DNA of 59,659 nt from Planctomycetota bacterium. GTDB lineage: Bacteria > Planctomycetota > JAJSAM01 > JAJVHW01. The notes under the pieces are model-generated. The model was not told the origin of the DNA and searched no databases. It saw only the letters and a list, made by a program, of their open reading frames with translations. The position numbers and the translations under genes are program-made. The number at the start of each line of letters is the position of its first letter. The first letter of the stretch is position 1. Positions 58,042-59,659 of the stretch are shown here, one piece after another. The stretch covers positions 1 to 59,659 of the forward strand of contig JAJVHW010000003.1 of the NCBI GenBank assembly GCA_022072415.1. The letters run 5' to 3'.

Positions 58042-58674
58042 TCAGCCGACCCTCAGCGCGCGCGCGTCGGCCGCGGTCGGGAAGCCGCCGAAGCGGAGCG
58101 GCTCGTCCTCGAAGTGGCGTCGGCAAGCCTCGCGCGTCTTGTCGCACGTCGGGAGGTCGCCAACGTAGCCGCAGTGGGCGCCCTTGTAGAGCCAGCGGCA
58201 GCGGAGCCCCTGGAGCGTGCGGTCGGGGACGCGGATCGCCTCGGCCGGGAAGACGCCGAGGTCGAAGGCGACGGCGTCGCGGCCGACGAAGGAGTAGGCG
58301 TTCACGAAGAGCGTCCACTCGATCACGAGGTCCGCCGGCGTCGCCCCCGTGAGCATCGTGCGGGCAGCCTGCCGGATCGTGACGCGGCGGCCGCGGAGGT
58401 CCTCGCCGCCCGTGTCCGGGTGACAGAGGGGCCCGAGGACGCCGTCCGCGTTCTGGAGGACCATCTGGAGGGACGGCACCTCGCGCTCGGCGGACTCCTG
58501 GATCTCCCCGAACGTCCCGGCCGTCGGCTCGAAGGTGAGGCCGTTCCACACGCGCGCCTCGGTGTCGAGGGCGTAGCGGAGCGGCGTCGTCGCGCGCGCG
58601 ATCTCGACGAGCGCCACGAGGTCGAGCTGATCGCCCTGGAGGAACGCGAGCAATGCGGCGTTCTTGGCCCTCAT
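58042..58674 (-). CDS. minor tail protein L-like (DUF2163/BR0599-like) with a C-terminal Cys cluster
   Basis: ORF 58042..58893 trimmed to 'MRAKNAALLAF'. 'RCRWLYKGAHCGYVGDLPTCDKTREACRRHF' is a Cys cluster as in gpL-type proteins. ATGA overlap with the upstream gene. Confidence 0.7.
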   Translation of the reverse strand: MRAKNAALLAFLQGDQLDLVALVEIARATTPLRYALDTEARVWNGLTFEPTAGTFGEIQESAEREVPSLQMVLQNADGVLGPLCHPDTGGEDLRGRRVTIRQAARTMLTGATPADLVIEWTLFVNAYSFVGRDAVAFDLGVFPAEAIRVPDRTLQGLRCRWLYKGAHCGYVGDLPTCDKTREACRRHFEDEPLRFGGFPTAADARALRVG

Positions 58675-59330
58675 GACGCGTTCGGGACCGCGGCGTAGCT
58701 GAAGCCGGGTCCCGTCTCCCGCAGTTGGATGGCGACCGTGCGGTCGGCCACGGCGGCGGCACCGAGCCCGCCCGCCTCCATCTCCTGTTCGGAGGGGAGG
58801 TCGTCCCCCTCGAAGCGGACCATGTGGAGGAACTCGTACGCGAGGGCGACCGTCGCGCCGAGTCCCGGCGCGGTGCCGAACCGGACGACGCACTTCGCCG
58901 ACGTGCCGAGGTCGTACGCCGCGCCCGCCTCGTTGACGACCGAGTAGTGGACGCCCAGCGTCTGCACCGCGCCGTTCTTCCGGACGACCAGTGTCGCCGT
59001 GTCCACGTAGCGCCGCGTCGCCGCGAAGTCCTTCTGCGACGCCGACTCGACCGCCGGGGCGTCGTTCATCTGCGCGGCAGCGGGGTTCTGCGGACGGTAG
59101 AGGAACGGCTCAAACCCGCCGAAGCGCGCGTTCCAGAATGTCTCGAAGTCCCGGTACGTGCCGCCGGGGTTCGGGAAAAGGAGCGTGCCGCGGACGACGA
59201 GTTCGCCCGCGGCGTGGAGCTTCTGGAGCGTGCGCCGCCCGCCGCCCTGCTCGTGGACGGTGTTCCCGAACGCGAGGTACTCGCGGAACCCGCGCCGGAG
59301 GAAGACGAACGGGAAGATCGGCGTGGCCAC
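58671..59330 (-). CDS. distal tail protein (gpM / DUF2460-like)
   Basis: GTG at 59330, 2 nt after the upstream stop. 'PIFPFVFLRRGFREYLAFGNTVHEQGGGRRTLQK' and 'FWNARFGGFEPFLYRP' resemble the DUF2460 pattern. Confidence 0.65.
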   Translation of the reverse strand: MATPIFPFVFLRRGFREYLAFGNTVHEQGGGRRTLQKLHAAGELVVRGTLLFPNPGGTYRDFETFWNARFGGFEPFLYRPQNPAAAQMNDAPAVESASQKDFAATRRYVDTATLVVRKNGAVQTLGVHYSVVNEAGAAYDLGTSAKCVVRFGTAPGLGATVALAYEFLHMVRFEGDDLPSEQEMEAGGLGAAAVADRTVAIQLRETGPGFSYAAVPNAS

Positions 59331-59332
59331 GG

Positions 59333-59659
59333 TCAGTCCCTCGGCCTCATTCCGCGCCGGCCGCTGCGCCGGAGCGCCGAGCCGACGATCGCGGCGCGCG
59401 CCTCGGGAGACGAGCGCGCCATCACCTCGTCGGCGATGACGGCGGGCGGGCGGACGGTGAGCGCCACGTGGACGTCCCCCTCGCCGTCCGCATTCGCGCC
59501 GTTCGTGACGCGGACGAGTTCGCCGGGCGAGAGCTTCATCGAGACGAGCTGGCTGTCGAGCCCGCCGAAGCCGCCGACGCGCCACGTTCCGCCGTGGGCG
59601 CCCGTGGCGGCCGGTGCGGCGGACGCGGCGGCTGCACCCGCCCCCGCGCCCGCAGCGCC
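59333..59659 (-). CDS. C-terminal end of a tape-measure-like protein (partial, continues beyond the window)
   Basis: The frame of ORF 59333..59539 stays open to the window edge (Ala/Gly-rich). It sits immediately upstream of the M/L/J-like genes. Confidence 0.45.
   Translation of the reverse strand, partial: GAAGAGAGAAAASAAPAATGAHGGTWRVGGFGGLDSQLVSMKLSPGELVRVTNGANADGEGDVHVALTVRPPAVIADEVMARSSPEARAAIVGSALRRSGRRGMRPRD

Larger units (their letters stand above)
39288..59659. mobile_element. prophage (accessory arm + lysis-like + tail module), truncated by the window edge
   Basis: Contiguous minus-strand tail genes (TMP C-terminus, M-like, L-like, J-like, fibres). Accessory R-M/helicase genes lie next to the tRNA-fragment att-like site. 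Confidence 0.6.

Overview
Very GC-rich bacterial DNA. Most long ORFs in the six-frame track are antisense shadow ORFs, so I called genes from motifs, start/RBS context and gene coupling. The window splits into three parts. (1) About 1-32.3 kb looks like core chromosome. It holds an OsmC-like gene next to an AurF-like diiron oxygenase, and a minus-strand envelope cluster (GNAT, LOG, SGNH hydrolase, GT-C-like membrane protein). It also holds a secreted FG-GAP/TPR protein, a TPR lipoprotein, a tandem UspA, an AlkD-like repair protein and a Fur-family regulator overlapping katG. Further right are a decayed integrase 3' remnant, a 1244-aa ECF-sigma/TM/CarboxypepD_reg fusion, an RND efflux operon (OMF-MFP-RND) and a Ser/Thr kinase-FGE fusion. 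(2) About 32.36-39.29 kb is a mobile mosaic: ParE/RelE toxin-antitoxin pair, rve-type IS, two XRE regulators, excisionase plus tyrosine integrase, a divergent trypsin-like protease / TIR-like (Cap12/PycTIR-type) pair, and a tRNA-Pro 3' half (att-like scar). (3) About 39.3-59.66 kb is the accessory arm and tail module of a siphovirus-like prophage that runs off the window. It contains an m5C MTase with a NotI-like REase, then a translationally coupled sigma-like / ParB-like / SNF2 / small PD-(D/E)xK operon. That operon faces a second m5C MTase with an RHH controller. Then come spanin-like genes, tail fibres, a PD-(D/E)xK gene among the fibres, an opposite-strand Mrr-like cassette, J-like, L-like and M-like tail proteins, and a tape-measure C-terminus. 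The best candidates for an undescribed system are the sigma/ParB/SNF2/nuclease operon with its flanking methylases and the protease/TIR-like pair. All family assignments come from motif recognition by eye and need HMM or structure confirmation.
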